This document shows positions 52,777-63,175 of a stretch of 64,000 nt of DNA, piece by piece. Made by a program: the position numbers and the translations under genes. The DNA lies in contig CAXXUA010000006.1 of the NCBI GenBank assembly GCA_963663765.2, forward strand, positions 64,001 through 128,000. Reading direction: 5' to 3'. Numbering within the stretch: the stretch's first letter is position 1; the number at the start of each line of letters is the position of its first letter. The notes beneath the pieces are model-generated. The model made no database searches. It was not told where the DNA came from and saw only the letters and a list, made by a program, of their open reading frames with translations. Source of the DNA: Candidatus Poribacteria bacterium (GTDB lineage: Bacteria > Poribacteria > WGA-4E > WGA-3G).

Positions 52777-53406
52777 TTATTCATCTAATAAATCCTGTAG
52801 CACGATTGCAGTTCTATTTGCAGCATCAATCTGTAGTGCTTTTTCTATCTCTTGCATTGCTTTCTGGTTTTCACCGAGATAGAAGTAACACGATGCTTTG
52901 AGTGCGAATAATTCGGCATTCGTATAATAATCATGTCGGTATAGGTATTTTGTATCTGCGTTCAGACCGTTATCGATTGCTTTTATCGCATCCCCAAAGT
53001 CCGAAGTATCCTTGTATCTCAAATATAACGTATTAGCAAGGCCTATCCAAGCATCAGCATTCGTAGAATCATAACGCACGGCATTTTGGAATGCATCCAG
53101 TGCTAAAGAAACTGTCAATGAAAGACTCAGATGACTCCATCCAACCCCATTGTGTGCATCAGCATGTTCAGGATCCGAGTTTAATGCGCGCTCAAAATTT
53201 AGCAGTGCTTGTGTAAAATCACCCGAGTTATAAGCAATCCATCCTTGCTGTGTATGAGTGATTGCAGTAGCAGAAACAGTCTCAGAATCGCTTGAACAGC
53301 TAAGTATTAAAACAGATAAAATGAGAAACAATATGAATGGATGTCTAAGATTATGGTATTTCATGGCTTCATGTGTTGAATAGGTTGAATTTCTGAACAT
53401 TCTCAT
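52777..53406 (-). CDS. TPR lipoprotein
   Basis: Lipobox ILSC; TPR units. Confidence 0.8.
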   Translation of the reverse strand: MRMFRNSTYSTHEAMKYHNLRHPFILFLILSVLILSCSSDSETVSATAITHTQQGWIAYNSGDFTQALLNFERALNSDPEHADAHNGVGWSHLSLSLTVSLALDAFQNAVRYDSTNADAWIGLANTLYLRYKDTSDFGDAIKAIDNGLNADTKYLYRHDYYTNAELFALKASCYFYLGENQKAMQEIEKALQIDAANRTAIVLQDLLDE

Positions 53407-53415
53407 ATTGATTTC

Positions 53416-56400
53416 TTATTCCGATTTTAGCGTTGCCAGTAGTGGACTTCTAAGTGCTAAAGTGACTGCAAATGCATTTGCAATTATACCAAAAACGAAG
53501 ATGAATAACAAGGTAATCGAGAGCGAATACCAAGGTAATGAGTTAAGATTTCCTTTTAAGCTGAGAATACCTACTAACCCCGCAAAAACTCCAATGAACA
53601 TACCCGCAGCAAGAAGAAAGAAACTCTCCAAGAACAACATACGTAAGAGTAATTGTCTTCTGAAACCAAACGCACGGAGTGTCGCTAATTCCCCACGACG
53701 TTCAATGATATTTCTCAAAAGAACAAGTGCTAATCCGAATGTACCAAGTAGAACACCCAAGCCTCCAAGACTTTGGAAAGTAGAAATATATGTGTTTTCA
53801 ACCGCACGAAAACTTGCCAGACGGTCTACTGCTAATGTAACATCAAAACCGTAATCACTTAGTGTTTTCTCAAGTATGCTTGATGTGCTTTCTTGATATC
53901 CATCAGTAGTTTTGATCAGGAAATATTGATACCCACTTTGACTTGGAAAATACTTTTTAAAATTATCTTCTGATATAATCAGTTGGCTTTGAAATAGGCT
54001 ATTATTTACTGTATCAAGAAGTAGATGTAAAGGTTTACCTGATTCATCTTGAATCGCATAAGATTCTTCTGGATCATGATGTAAAATCCAACGAAGAGAA
54101 TTTTCATCACCAATTGCCCGGATTATATCTTCTTCCAATTCATTTTCATCTGCAATGTTTAACCACAACATTTCATCTGACATCGTATCTGGCGCTCCTA
54201 TGATCTGGGGTTTTTCTGGTTTATATAAATTGAGACAACTGACATCTTCCCCCGGTAGTACTCTAAATGGATATACAGTTGATTCAGACAATATTACTTC
54301 ATCGTTTTCATCAAAACCGAGTTCTGACCTGCCATCTGGTGAATTCATGTTTTGATGTATAGGTAATGACGATTCTGCGACAAATGTATATTCAGTTTGA
54401 GGAACGCCATCATGCCGATTTGCCCCAACTGCCACGATGATACAACAAGCTAAACTTATAGTCATTACACAAGTATTACTCCTTGACGGTTGTCGTGCAG
54501 CGTTTTTTAATGACAACTTTACTCTGGTCAACTTCTCGTTTGCTTTTTGGGTATTTATCCATTTTGAAAATATCAACAGACCCATAGCCAATATGACAGA
54601 AGTTAACATAAAGAATATAAATAAAGGATTTGTATACAATTCCGCTAACTTAACTGATAGAGTCTTACCTAAAGGGAAGTAAGAAATAGGTAATCCGACT
54701 ATAATGCCAATACATAGAAATATCATTGCTTTATTTACATTTAAAGTGAGTCTATATTCAGATAGTTTTTTAAAAAAATATAGTAATAAATAAATTGCAG
54801 AAATTCCAAATAACACAAAAACAATATTTACAATTTTGCTAATATAGTCTTCTTCAAATAACATATCGCTAAATATAAGACTACAAATTAATCCAGTAAG
54901 AAATAGGTATATGAAGAAAAACCTATTTACCTTGGTAGAAGTCTTATCATTCTTTATCAATAGATCTGTCTTCTCAAAGTCAGTTTTACCAGCCAATAAC
55001 GATACGGTGGACGTTTTACCTAATTTACGAACAGTCATTATAATGGAAAATATAACTACAAGCAGAGAAATAAGCGCACCAAAAACTAAACTCCAACCAC
55101 TTACATGAAGATTCATAAACGGTGTACCGATAGCAGGTAACCACCATGTCTTCAAACCATAGATCATCAATTGTCCGTAACCTATTGCCAGAATGCAACC
55201 GAATAGACTACCAATACCAGCAATGATGATACCTTCTATAAGAAATCGGTGGCGAATTTTTACAAGCGTATAGCCGATAGCCTGCAAAATACCAATTTCA
55301 CGCGACCTTTGTTCAACACCGATTCTGAACAACATACCAACTAACAATGCAACAGCAATAATGATAAACCCACTCAAACTACCGAATAACATACCGAAAT
55401 CAGTGGAACCTGTCGACGCGTTGAGTCCATCTGCTTTCGGCGATAGGAAACGAAATCCTATCTGTTCGGGTTTGATCTTCTTGAGAAACTCAGTTTCAAA
55501 AAGGTTGCGAGTGTTTTGAAGATTGTTATCCGTCGCAGCATCCATGCGGATTGTAGTGAGATCGCCAAATCTGTTCTGCCAAAGTTCTTTTCCAATTTCT
55601 AAGGAAATATACGCTTTCGGTGTTGCTTTGTATTGTTCCCAATAATCATCGTCTTTACTTCGGATTATGGAGTAATCAAACGGAAAAGGTGGCTCCCAAT
55701 CTGCAATAGTAGCAGTGTCGTGGATACCGGGAAAAGTTGGAATAATGTTCCTGTCTGCCCAGAAACCTTCTATTGGAACAATACCTCCGAGAACAAAGGT
55801 GGCATTTTCTGTTTCGTATTCTTCATCTGCACTGACACTGAAATATGATATATAGATTTTATCACCAATTTGTGCACCTAAGTCTTCGGCTGCCCAAGTA
55901 TTGAGAATGATTTTTGGCAGGTTACCCAACCGTTCTTCTTTATTGGTACTATTGTTGACATCTGAAAACACACTGTCCTCAATAGGTATCGCCAACATTG
56001 TGGAGTACGGTATGGTGTTGGTAGAATTTTCGTTATTGTCTTCCACTTGAGATGCTAATGAAATAGTATTGGCAAGATAGGTCAAGGTTGGGAGTGCTGG
56101 AATATCGTTCGCTTGGGCAACGGACAACGCAGACTCGGACAACACAGGTTCAACCAAGTATTGATCACTTTGTAGATCAAAATAGTTTTCATACGCATTG
56201 ATCTTCAATCCAAGTGTCTCAAGAGTGATTGTTAGTGAATCGGATGTAATTGGATTAATATCAGTTGAAAAAACAGCATTGACTTTATTCAACTGACCAA
56301 GTTCATTTTGTATTATAGGTAGTGATACGTAGGCATTTAAGGGGAGACTCTGGTGTGGTTGCAGACTAAATCTACCAGCATTTTCAGTCGGAATGATGTC

Positions 56401-56946
56401 GCTAACGATTAGTCTTATGCGTTGAATAACATCCGTCGCATCCCGATTACCAAGTAGAAACTCAGGATGGATATCAGCAGTTTCCTGAAAACTAACAAAG
56501 ATCGCATCTCCGACATTTACATTCAATTCCTTTTGTAGAGTCTGGTTGATAACAACATCAGCGAAAGGTTGATCTGATGATTGATTCCAATTAGGTATAT
56601 CTCCATTATCCCAAAGTTCAAAGAAGGAATTCTCTACACCGCAAATGTTGACTGTTGAAGCACGGTTTTCTGTTTGTGGTACAACAACTGAACCGTTGGT
56701 AAGAATTGCTGAAACTTTGTTCTCATGACTGATTATCTCTGGTGAAAAAAAACGATCAGATATGATCGCATGTTCAATGTTACCAAGACGTTCCAGTGTA
56801 ATATCTTGCAAACTGCCCCGCATTGAATCCCCTACAATCAATGCACCAGCAAGCACACCAGTTGCAACGGCAGTACAAAGCGCAACGGTAAGGTGAATTT
56901 GCCAGAAATGTTTTGCAGATGACCATAGTGTCCGCATAATTGTCAA
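53416..56946 (-). CDS. FtsX/MacB-like ABC transporter permease
   Basis: EQRSREIGILQAIG and ERRGELATLRAFG repeats. Confidence 0.88.
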   Translation of the reverse strand: MTIMRTLWSSAKHFWQIHLTVALCTAVATGVLAGALIVGDSMRGSLQDITLERLGNIEHAIISDRFFSPEIISHENKVSAILTNGSVVVPQTENRASTVNICGVENSFFELWDNGDIPNWNQSSDQPFADVVINQTLQKELNVNVGDAIFVSFQETADIHPEFLLGNRDATDVIQRIRLIVSDIIPTENAGRFSLQPHQSLPLNAYVSLPIIQNELGQLNKVNAVFSTDINPITSDSLTITLETLGLKINAYENYFDLQSDQYLVEPVLSESALSVAQANDIPALPTLTYLANTISLASQVEDNNENSTNTIPYSTMLAIPIEDSVFSDVNNSTNKEERLGNLPKIILNTWAAEDLGAQIGDKIYISYFSVSADEEYETENATFVLGGIVPIEGFWADRNIIPTFPGIHDTATIADWEPPFPFDYSIIRSKDDDYWEQYKATPKAYISLEIGKELWQNRFGDLTTIRMDAATDNNLQNTRNLFETEFLKKIKPEQIGFRFLSPKADGLNASTGSTDFGMLFGSLSGFIIIAVALLVGMLFRIGVEQRSREIGILQAIGYTLVKIRHRFLIEGIIIAGIGSLFGCILAIGYGQLMIYGLKTWWLPAIGTPFMNLHVSGWSLVFGALISLLVVIFSIIMTVRKLGKTSTVSLLAGKTDFEKTDLLIKNDKTSTKVNRFFFIYLFLTGLICSLIFSDMLFEEDYISKIVNIVFVLFGISAIYLLLYFFKKLSEYRLTLNVNKAMIFLCIGIIVGLPISYFPLGKTLSVKLAELYTNPLFIFFMLTSVILAMGLLIFSKWINTQKANEKLTRVKLSLKNAARQPSRSNTCVMTISLACCIIVAVGANRHDGVPQTEYTFVAESSLPIHQNMNSPDGRSELGFDENDEVILSESTVYPFRVLPGEDVSCLNLYKPEKPQIIGAPDTMSDEMLWLNIADENELEEDIIRAIGDENSLRWILHHDPEESYAIQDESGKPLHLLLDTVNNSLFQSQLIISEDNFKKYFPSQSGYQYFLIKTTDGYQESTSSILEKTLSDYGFDVTLAVDRLASFRAVENTYISTFQSLGGLGVLLGTFGLALVLLRNIIERRGELATLRAFGFRRQLLLRMLFLESFFLLAAGMFIGVFAGLVGILSLKGNLNSLPWYSLSITLLFIFVFGIIANAFAVTLALRSPLLATLKSE

Positions 56947-56968
56947 AATCCGATCTCAATCTCTTTCT

Positions 56969-57670
56969 TTAACTCTGGTTTTCGTTAGCATTGACAATAC
57001 TACAAACGCCATCAGAAAGTCTTAGATGGTTATCAAAACGGGAAGCTAAATCAAGATTGTGGGTCACAACTATTAAGATATTTTCTTCTGTATTGTGTAT
57101 CTCAAAGAGTAAATCTACAATATTACCAGCAGTCGTCGAATCTAAATTTCCAGTTGGTTCGTCACAGAGAAGAATACTGGGTTTGTTGATAAGCGCGCGA
57201 GCAATCGCAACTCGTTGACGTTCTCCACCTGAGAGTTCGGCAGGACGGTGTGATATTCTATCCTTCAAACCTACCCGATCAAGCAGTTCATGTGCTTGAT
57301 CTTTATGGTCCGGTTTCTGTTTGAATGCAAGAGTAGGAATGAGTACATTTTCAATTACAGAGTATTGTGGAAGAAGGTGGTGATCTTGAAAGACAAAACC
57401 GATTGCTGAGTTGCGGTACTGTGCAAGTTCTGGTTCGGTGAGTGTAAATGGATTTATTCCGTTAATATCCACATGTCCATCTGTAGGTTTCTCTAAAGTT
57501 CCAATGATGTGTAGAAGTGTACTTTTGCCAGAACCAGATGGACCCGTAACTGCAATTGCAGTACCATCCGAAAAACTAAAAGATATATCTCGTAAGACTT
57601 GAATAGTTCCGAAGTCCTTGGTAAGTTGTGATACTTTTAGTGAATGCGGATTATTTTCAAATTCATTCAT
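56969..57670 (-). CDS. ABC transporter ATP-binding protein (LolD/MacB-like)
   Basis: GPSGSGKS, LSGGE, DEPTGNLD. Confidence 0.93.
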   Translation of the reverse strand: MNEFENNPHSLKVSQLTKDFGTIQVLRDISFSFSDGTAIAVTGPSGSGKSTLLHIIGTLEKPTDGHVDINGINPFTLTEPELAQYRNSAIGFVFQDHHLLPQYSVIENVLIPTLAFKQKPDHKDQAHELLDRVGLKDRISHRPAELSGGERQRVAIARALINKPSILLCDEPTGNLDSTTAGNIVDLLFEIHNTEENILIVVTHNLDLASRFDNHLRLSDGVCSIVNANENQS

Positions 57671-58080
57671 TCTGTTACTATCTGAGATACGATAAAGTCA
57701 GGTATTGGAATTGAGCGTATTTTTTCACCTGGGTTTGTAATGCAGCAGACTGTTGTGAGCTGTCCGCGTGCAACATCAATTTCATTGTGCATGAATTGAA
57801 ATTGATAGGTTAGTGATTTTGTGCCCTTCTTAGAAATCCACAACAGAATATCTACTTCATCCTCAAAACGTAGTGGACTAAGATATTCACATGAAGCGGT
57901 AACACGGGGCCACCCAATCTTATTACCATCCCATTCAGTAACTACACTCGTTCCAAGGCTACGAAGGAATTCGTGTTCAACCGTTTCCATAAAGACAAAA
58001 AACCTTGTGAAATGGACAATCCCCGCCATATCCGTATCCACAAACTCAATTTTACGTTTAGTTCGGAACTCAGTTCGCAT
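57667..58080 (-). CDS. Acyl-CoA thioesterase (4HBT family)
   Basis: DTDMAGIVHF. Confidence 0.9.
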   Translation of the reverse strand: MRTEFRTKRKIEFVDTDMAGIVHFTRFFVFMETVEHEFLRSLGTSVVTEWDGNKIGWPRVTASCEYLSPLRFEDEVDILLWISKKGTKSLTYQFQFMHNEIDVARGQLTTVCCITNPGEKIRSIPIPDFIVSQIVTE

Positions 58081-58098
58081 AATTTCAGTGTTAATCAG

Positions 58099-59520
58099 TT
58101 AGTTTTTTGGATATTCTGGTACTTCCTCGTAACGACTCCAAGTTTCTGAATATATTCTCCAATATCCATCTGCAGGATCAATCATTAAGTTCAACTTCTT
58201 TGTTCCATAGTCTGAATACGCAGGACGACTTCCGGACGCGGGTGTGCCTTTGAATTTTTGCATGAAACTCACATCCGCGACTGCATTATCTCCATTAATA
58301 ACGAGATTAGAAATCACAACCTGAATATCAGCATAATGAACATTCAACTTTTTCATTTTCTGTTTCAGTTGATCTTTGCGCAAGAAGGTAGATGTTTCAG
58401 TTCCATTTCTCACAGTAACTCGTGTGATTAATGCTCTGTCTGCATAAATTGACATGTAAGTATCTATGTCCTTGTCTTCCCATGCTTTTTGCCATTTTCC
58501 CAAAATTTGACTGACTTTGAGTTGTGTATCAAGAGGTGCATTTCCATCAAAGATATTTGAAACCGACTCTTCAGGAATTATCTCCTCTGGCAACTGGTCT
58601 GATTGAGAAATAGGTTCATCAGAAATATAATCTCCTCCAACTACATCATTGATGAGTTTCCATTTTCTAACAAAAAAACCTTTCTTTTCAATAGTTAGTG
58701 TGCGTGTGTGGGTTTCAATGTAAGTACCAGCACTACTGATTGAAACACTGATATTATTCACCACATGTCGCGTTTTGGAATATGTTACCGGAGTATATGA
58801 AGCTTCACTTAGGTCAACAACTAAGTCTTGAGATAATTGTAGCAAAGCTAACTGGTAATTACTGTTATGTTTTTTTCTTGCAGATTTGTCCCAAAGCGAT
58901 TCATACTTTTTCTTATTTTGGGATTCAAGGATTTCTTTCCATTCCAATACAACATCTGCGACAGGACTATCTACAGTCGTATCGGGATCGGTCAACGAAT
59001 CTTCTGCAAATGTTGTTAGGTCTGAAGAAATATCTTCACTGACAACTTCATCTCTGATGAGTTTCCAACGCTGTTGTATCAGTCCAGTTTTTGCAATAAT
59101 AAGTGATCTTGACTGTACTAAAGGTTCTCCTGGCGCATTTATTAAGATGGGGATATTCTCAATTCGCAAATAATGTGGGTCCTGAGGATCCTTACGAGTT
59201 CTTTTTTCAGCCAGTCTTATATCAACATCAATTTGCATGTCTTGAATAAAAAGCTGCGCGGTATCTTGATAACCGGAATTAGTCTTATTACTTGCATTTT
59301 TACCCCAGAGTAAATCATATTTTTTTATATCGCCTGATTCAAGTGCACTTTTCCATTTCACTAAAAACGCTACAGGTGTTTCACTTGACCTTGAGAACCA
59401 TATAATACCAACAATAAGGATAACAATAACACTAACTATTGCACCCCATTTCAGATTGTCTGATAAAGAAAAGGAACTTTTTGAGTCATTAATTGCAGTG
59501 TTTTGAAAGTCATTCATCAA
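58099..59520 (-). CDS. Membrane-anchored protein with three NTF2-like repeats
   Basis: One TM; three W..A.E..D...Y...W/Y ... WK(L/I) units. Confidence 0.65.
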   Translation of the reverse strand: MMNDFQNTAINDSKSSFSLSDNLKWGAIVSVIVILIVGIIWFSRSSETPVAFLVKWKSALESGDIKKYDLLWGKNASNKTNSGYQDTAQLFIQDMQIDVDIRLAEKRTRKDPQDPHYLRIENIPILINAPGEPLVQSRSLIIAKTGLIQQRWKLIRDEVVSEDISSDLTTFAEDSLTDPDTTVDSPVADVVLEWKEILESQNKKKYESLWDKSARKKHNSNYQLALLQLSQDLVVDLSEASYTPVTYSKTRHVVNNISVSISSAGTYIETHTRTLTIEKKGFFVRKWKLINDVVGGDYISDEPISQSDQLPEEIIPEESVSNIFDGNAPLDTQLKVSQILGKWQKAWEDKDIDTYMSIYADRALITRVTVRNGTETSTFLRKDQLKQKMKKLNVHYADIQVVISNLVINGDNAVADVSFMQKFKGTPASGSRPAYSDYGTKKLNLMIDPADGYWRIYSETWSRYEEVPEYPKN

Positions 59521-59529
59521 CCCTTCTCC

Positions 59530-60879
59530 TTATAATTTCGGTATATTTTCGTATATTTGCCAAGTTTCACGGTATATTTTCCAAGTACCTTGAATTTGAT
59601 GCATCCAAACTTCGCGAATCCAGATATTATATAATGCAGTATCATCCTCTGTTTCTGCTGGAGGTGAAACCAACCGACTCAAACGATAGATACCGATGAC
59701 ACTCTCTTGCTCAACCTCAAAAGATTTGTCAGACGTTGACCATCCTTGAGCATTCATCTCACGTAGTTTGGTTTCAACTTTCGTTTTATCAAGTGAAGTT
59801 TTATGTTCTTTGCTCTCTTTTATTATAATCTGATTTAATTCTGACGTCGCTGTATAGAGTGCAAAGTGTCCTTTAAGATTCTTGCTATTCCATGCCTTGT
59901 GCCAATTCGTGAGTGCGGCTTTACCCGCATTTATTTGTTGGGTGGAAAGCGATGTGCGTCCTGTTCTTTTCGGTTTGTCATTTTCAAGTTGACGGACATA
60001 AGCACGGGCTTTCTCTTCCTGTTTGCGGATAAATTCTGCGTGGTCAGCTGCAACGTTACGTTTCTTGGCTTCTGCAAGCATGTCGGTATATATTTTTGCT
60101 TGTTCACGTAGCTGTTTTTTCAGAGATTCTGTTTCAGCAATAGCAGCGCGTTTTTGGCGACTTTCTGTTTTCGCCATCGCTTCTGCTGCATCAATTTTCT
60201 TTGAAAAATTCTTTATTTGCGTTCCAAAATTAATGACTTCAGTTTCAGATCGAGAGGCTTGTGCTTGAATAGATTTTAATGTTTCCTTAAGTTCCGCAAT
60301 CTTTTGTTCATGAACTTTCTTAGTATTACCTATTTCTTTTTTCTCAGTTTCAAGCGTCTGTATATTCTGTTTTAGTTGTTGTTCAGTCTCACTAAATTGC
60401 TGCAGTTTCGTATCTAAATCAGTTAGTTTCTTTTCACTTGATTTAAGTTGTTTTTGCAGTTCTGTGATGAGCGCATCCTTTCCAATAATATTTGCATTAT
60501 GTTCAGCATTCATCTTGTTTTGTTCCGCTTTTCTCCGAGCAATTTCTGCTTTTGTAATAGCGCGGTTGGCAAAATTGATAACGTCAAATCCGTTCTTGTT
60601 TTTTAATTCATCTTTCGCCTTTTCAAGATAAGTTTCTGCTTCTTCAAAATCCTCAAACGCAAGGGATGCTGCACCTGCATCTCGTGCTGACTGAATAGTC
60701 ATCTCAGCTTGCAAAATCAGACTATCAACATCTTTGGACTCAATATTACCGAGTTTAGTACCACATGCTGTCAGAAAAATCGGCAATATAAGTACTAAAA
60801 CAACGAATATATGATATAAGAGACAATTTAATTGAGTTTTCTTGTTACTTTTCCCATTGATGTGTATTCCCTTCATCAC
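59530..60879 (-). CDS. Lipoprotein: DUF4398-like helix, long coiled coil, NTF2-like C-terminus
   Basis: Lipobox LTAC; AE..I..AR.AGA...A; WHKAWNSKN...WKIYRE. Confidence 0.65.
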   Translation of the reverse strand: MMKGIHINGKSNKKTQLNCLLYHIFVVLVLILPIFLTACGTKLGNIESKDVDSLILQAEMTIQSARDAGAASLAFEDFEEAETYLEKAKDELKNKNGFDVINFANRAITKAEIARRKAEQNKMNAEHNANIIGKDALITELQKQLKSSEKKLTDLDTKLQQFSETEQQLKQNIQTLETEKKEIGNTKKVHEQKIAELKETLKSIQAQASRSETEVINFGTQIKNFSKKIDAAEAMAKTESRQKRAAIAETESLKKQLREQAKIYTDMLAEAKKRNVAADHAEFIRKQEEKARAYVRQLENDKPKRTGRTSLSTQQINAGKAALTNWHKAWNSKNLKGHFALYTATSELNQIIIKESKEHKTSLDKTKVETKLREMNAQGWSTSDKSFEVEQESVIGIYRLSRLVSPPAETEDDTALYNIWIREVWMHQIQGTWKIYRETWQIYENIPKL

Positions 60880-60933
60880 TTTGACTCCTTCAAAATAATT
60901 TTACTTTTTAATAGAATAAACGTGTTTAACGAT

Positions 60934-61143
60934 CATGACTTACGCAAAAACTGTAGGCGGTGAATGTCTAAATGGCATACATACCCGGTGAATGCCTAAA
61001 TGGCATTCATACCGTTGATTTCTTGATTTCTTGATTTCTTGATTTGGTGCTTTGTAAGCGCGCTGGAAACCCAAAAAAACGCTGATAATTGCATTATTTT
61101 CATCATAATTCTTGATTAAATCAATAAAACTGCATAAGTCCTG
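60934..61143. mobile_element. IS701-derived MITE with 88-bp micro-insertion (60960-61047)
   Basis: TSD ACGAT; 210-88 = 122 bp. Confidence 0.88.
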
Positions 61144-61169
61144 ACGATATAAGAAGTAATTTGGATATA

Positions 61170-62285
61170 TTAATCCCATTCAAAAATGGATAAAGAAAGA
61201 ACAGGTGGTTGGGACGCTCCTGTTTTCATCTGTAACAGTGCTTCTTTAATTGCTGAAGCACGAGTTTTTCCAACGCCATCAACATACTGTAATGTATCAA
61301 TAGATGCGGTGATGATAGATTCCAATTTCTTGAATCTCTGGACGATGTTTTCAACAATATTCATGGGAATACGGGGTATTTGACTCAACATCCGATATCC
61401 ACGTGGTTCCAACGGTTCAACATACCTATAAACATCCTGAGGGTAACCGAGTGCTACACTAATATTGCTTTCTGTAGCTAAGTTTACTGCATCTAATCCC
61501 AGGATGTTCTCATAAGCTTGAAATTCGTCCTTTTCTTCTTCCCTATAATAATCCTTTATAATGAGTTGTGCTCTTTCAATTTCTGTTGTTAATTCAGAGG
61601 GAATCAACTGCAATGATTGTGCTTCTGTTCCAAGCTCAATCCGGTATCTGTTTAATTCGTACTCAGTTCTTCGTACTCGCTCACAAACTTGGATGGCAGT
61701 TATGACGTTTGACAAAGTTACCGTTCCACTCAGTTCTGCCCAGTTTAATGCCGCTAATGCGTTTTGCATTGTTTTAACATATTGGTTAATCGCAAGCATC
61801 GCCTGATTTGCGCCAGAAATAAGAATAGGTCGATCACGGAACAAGTAGTGTTGATGTCTTCTATACAATGTGAGTGTATTGCGTCTTCGTGATACAGCTA
61901 ACACCACATTTCCAGTTTCTTTAGCGAATTTTTCTGCTGCGCGATGACGCAATCCCGTTTCTTTTGAGGCAATGGAAGGACTTATTCTTAGTGTAACATT
62001 GGCACGTACTATGCGTTTCATATCAGTAGAAAGAATGATTGCTCCATCCATTTTTGCCAATTCTGACAGACGCATCGGGGTATAAGGACAATTTATGCGA
62101 AAACCACCTTCAGTCAAATTTAAAAGTTCAGGAGAATCCCCGATTACTATCAACCCGCCTGTATTCGCTTGGATGATATAATCAATACCTTCCCTTAGAG
62201 AGGTACCTGGTGACAGTAATTTCAATGTTGAAACTAATTCACGTTCCCTTTGATTTTTAGCAAATATTTGTTGCACTACTCTCAC
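61170..62285 (-). CDS. disA: DNA integrity scanning diadenylate cyclase
   Basis: ELAKMDGAII, GLRHRAAE, PRGYR and C-terminal HhH (VDGVGKTRA). Confidence 0.92.
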   Translation of the reverse strand: MRVVQQIFAKNQRERELVSTLKLLSPGTSLREGIDYIIQANTGGLIVIGDSPELLNLTEGGFRINCPYTPMRLSELAKMDGAIILSTDMKRIVRANVTLRISPSIASKETGLRHRAAEKFAKETGNVVLAVSRRRNTLTLYRRHQHYLFRDRPILISGANQAMLAINQYVKTMQNALAALNWAELSGTVTLSNVITAIQVCERVRRTEYELNRYRIELGTEAQSLQLIPSELTTEIERAQLIIKDYYREEEKDEFQAYENILGLDAVNLATESNISVALGYPQDVYRYVEPLEPRGYRMLSQIPRIPMNIVENIVQRFKKLESIITASIDTLQYVDGVGKTRASAIKEALLQMKTGASQPPVLSLSIFEWD

Positions 62286-62600
62286 CTTTCATTATAAATT
62301 AAGTATAACATATCAAAGTTATCAAAATCAAGGTTATCAATCAAGACATCTGAAATTTAGTTATATTCTACCTGAAGAGATTTTAAATGATACAAATGTT
62401 AATAAATATTTCACTTGACTTCATTTGCAAATGCATGTATCATGATTTAGGAAATATTTAGTACCCCGATACAAAATTGTAATTTTTCCCTAAGGCTATT
62501 TAAAGCGGCTTATTAAAAGAGGCTTAATTAAAACATGGCTTTGCTTTATTGAAAAATTCTAATTCCACGAAAATAGTTCGAAACTAAAAAACGAGGTTAA

Positions 62601-63140
62601 ATGCAGTTTAGTTTACTCAGTGCCACCACATCCGCATTGTTTTCAAGTACTGACCATGATTTACCAATTGTAACGCTTAAAACCGATAAAGGAAACGTAT
62701 TAATTGAACTTTATCCTGACGTAGCACCAGAAACAGTAGCGAATTTTATTAATTTGATTGAAGCAGAATTTTACGATGGACTATCATTTCACAGGTATGT
62801 CAAAAAGTTCGTTATTCAAGGTGGAGACCCAGATGGAAATGGAACAGGTGGACCGGGATGGACAATCTATGGAGAATTTCAGGACACAAAACTACGAGAA
62901 AAGATGCCAAATCATCAAAAAGGTGTCGTTGCAATGGCAAGGAAACCATCACCCAATTCTGCTGGTAGTCAATTTTATATATGTCTAAGTGAAGATGAAA
63001 GCATATACACACATCTAAATGGTAATTACACAACATTTGGACGGGTAATTGAAGGTCTTGATGTTGTAGATGCACTGCGAGAAAGAGATGTCATTAGGGA
63101 AGTTTCACTTACACTATCTCCTGAAAACCGTACAGTCTGA
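62601..63140 (+). CDS. Cyclophilin-type peptidyl-prolyl isomerase
   Basis: FYDGLSFHR, FVIQGGDP, AGSQFYI. Confidence 0.93.
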   Translation: MQFSLLSATTSALFSSTDHDLPIVTLKTDKGNVLIELYPDVAPETVANFINLIEAEFYDGLSFHRYVKKFVIQGGDPDGNGTGGPGWTIYGEFQDTKLREKMPNHQKGVVAMARKPSPNSAGSQFYICLSEDESIYTHLNGNYTTFGRVIEGLDVVDALRERDVIREVSLTLSPENRTV

Positions 63141-63175
63141 CTTTCAAAAATTAACATAAAAAGGATCTCTCTTAT

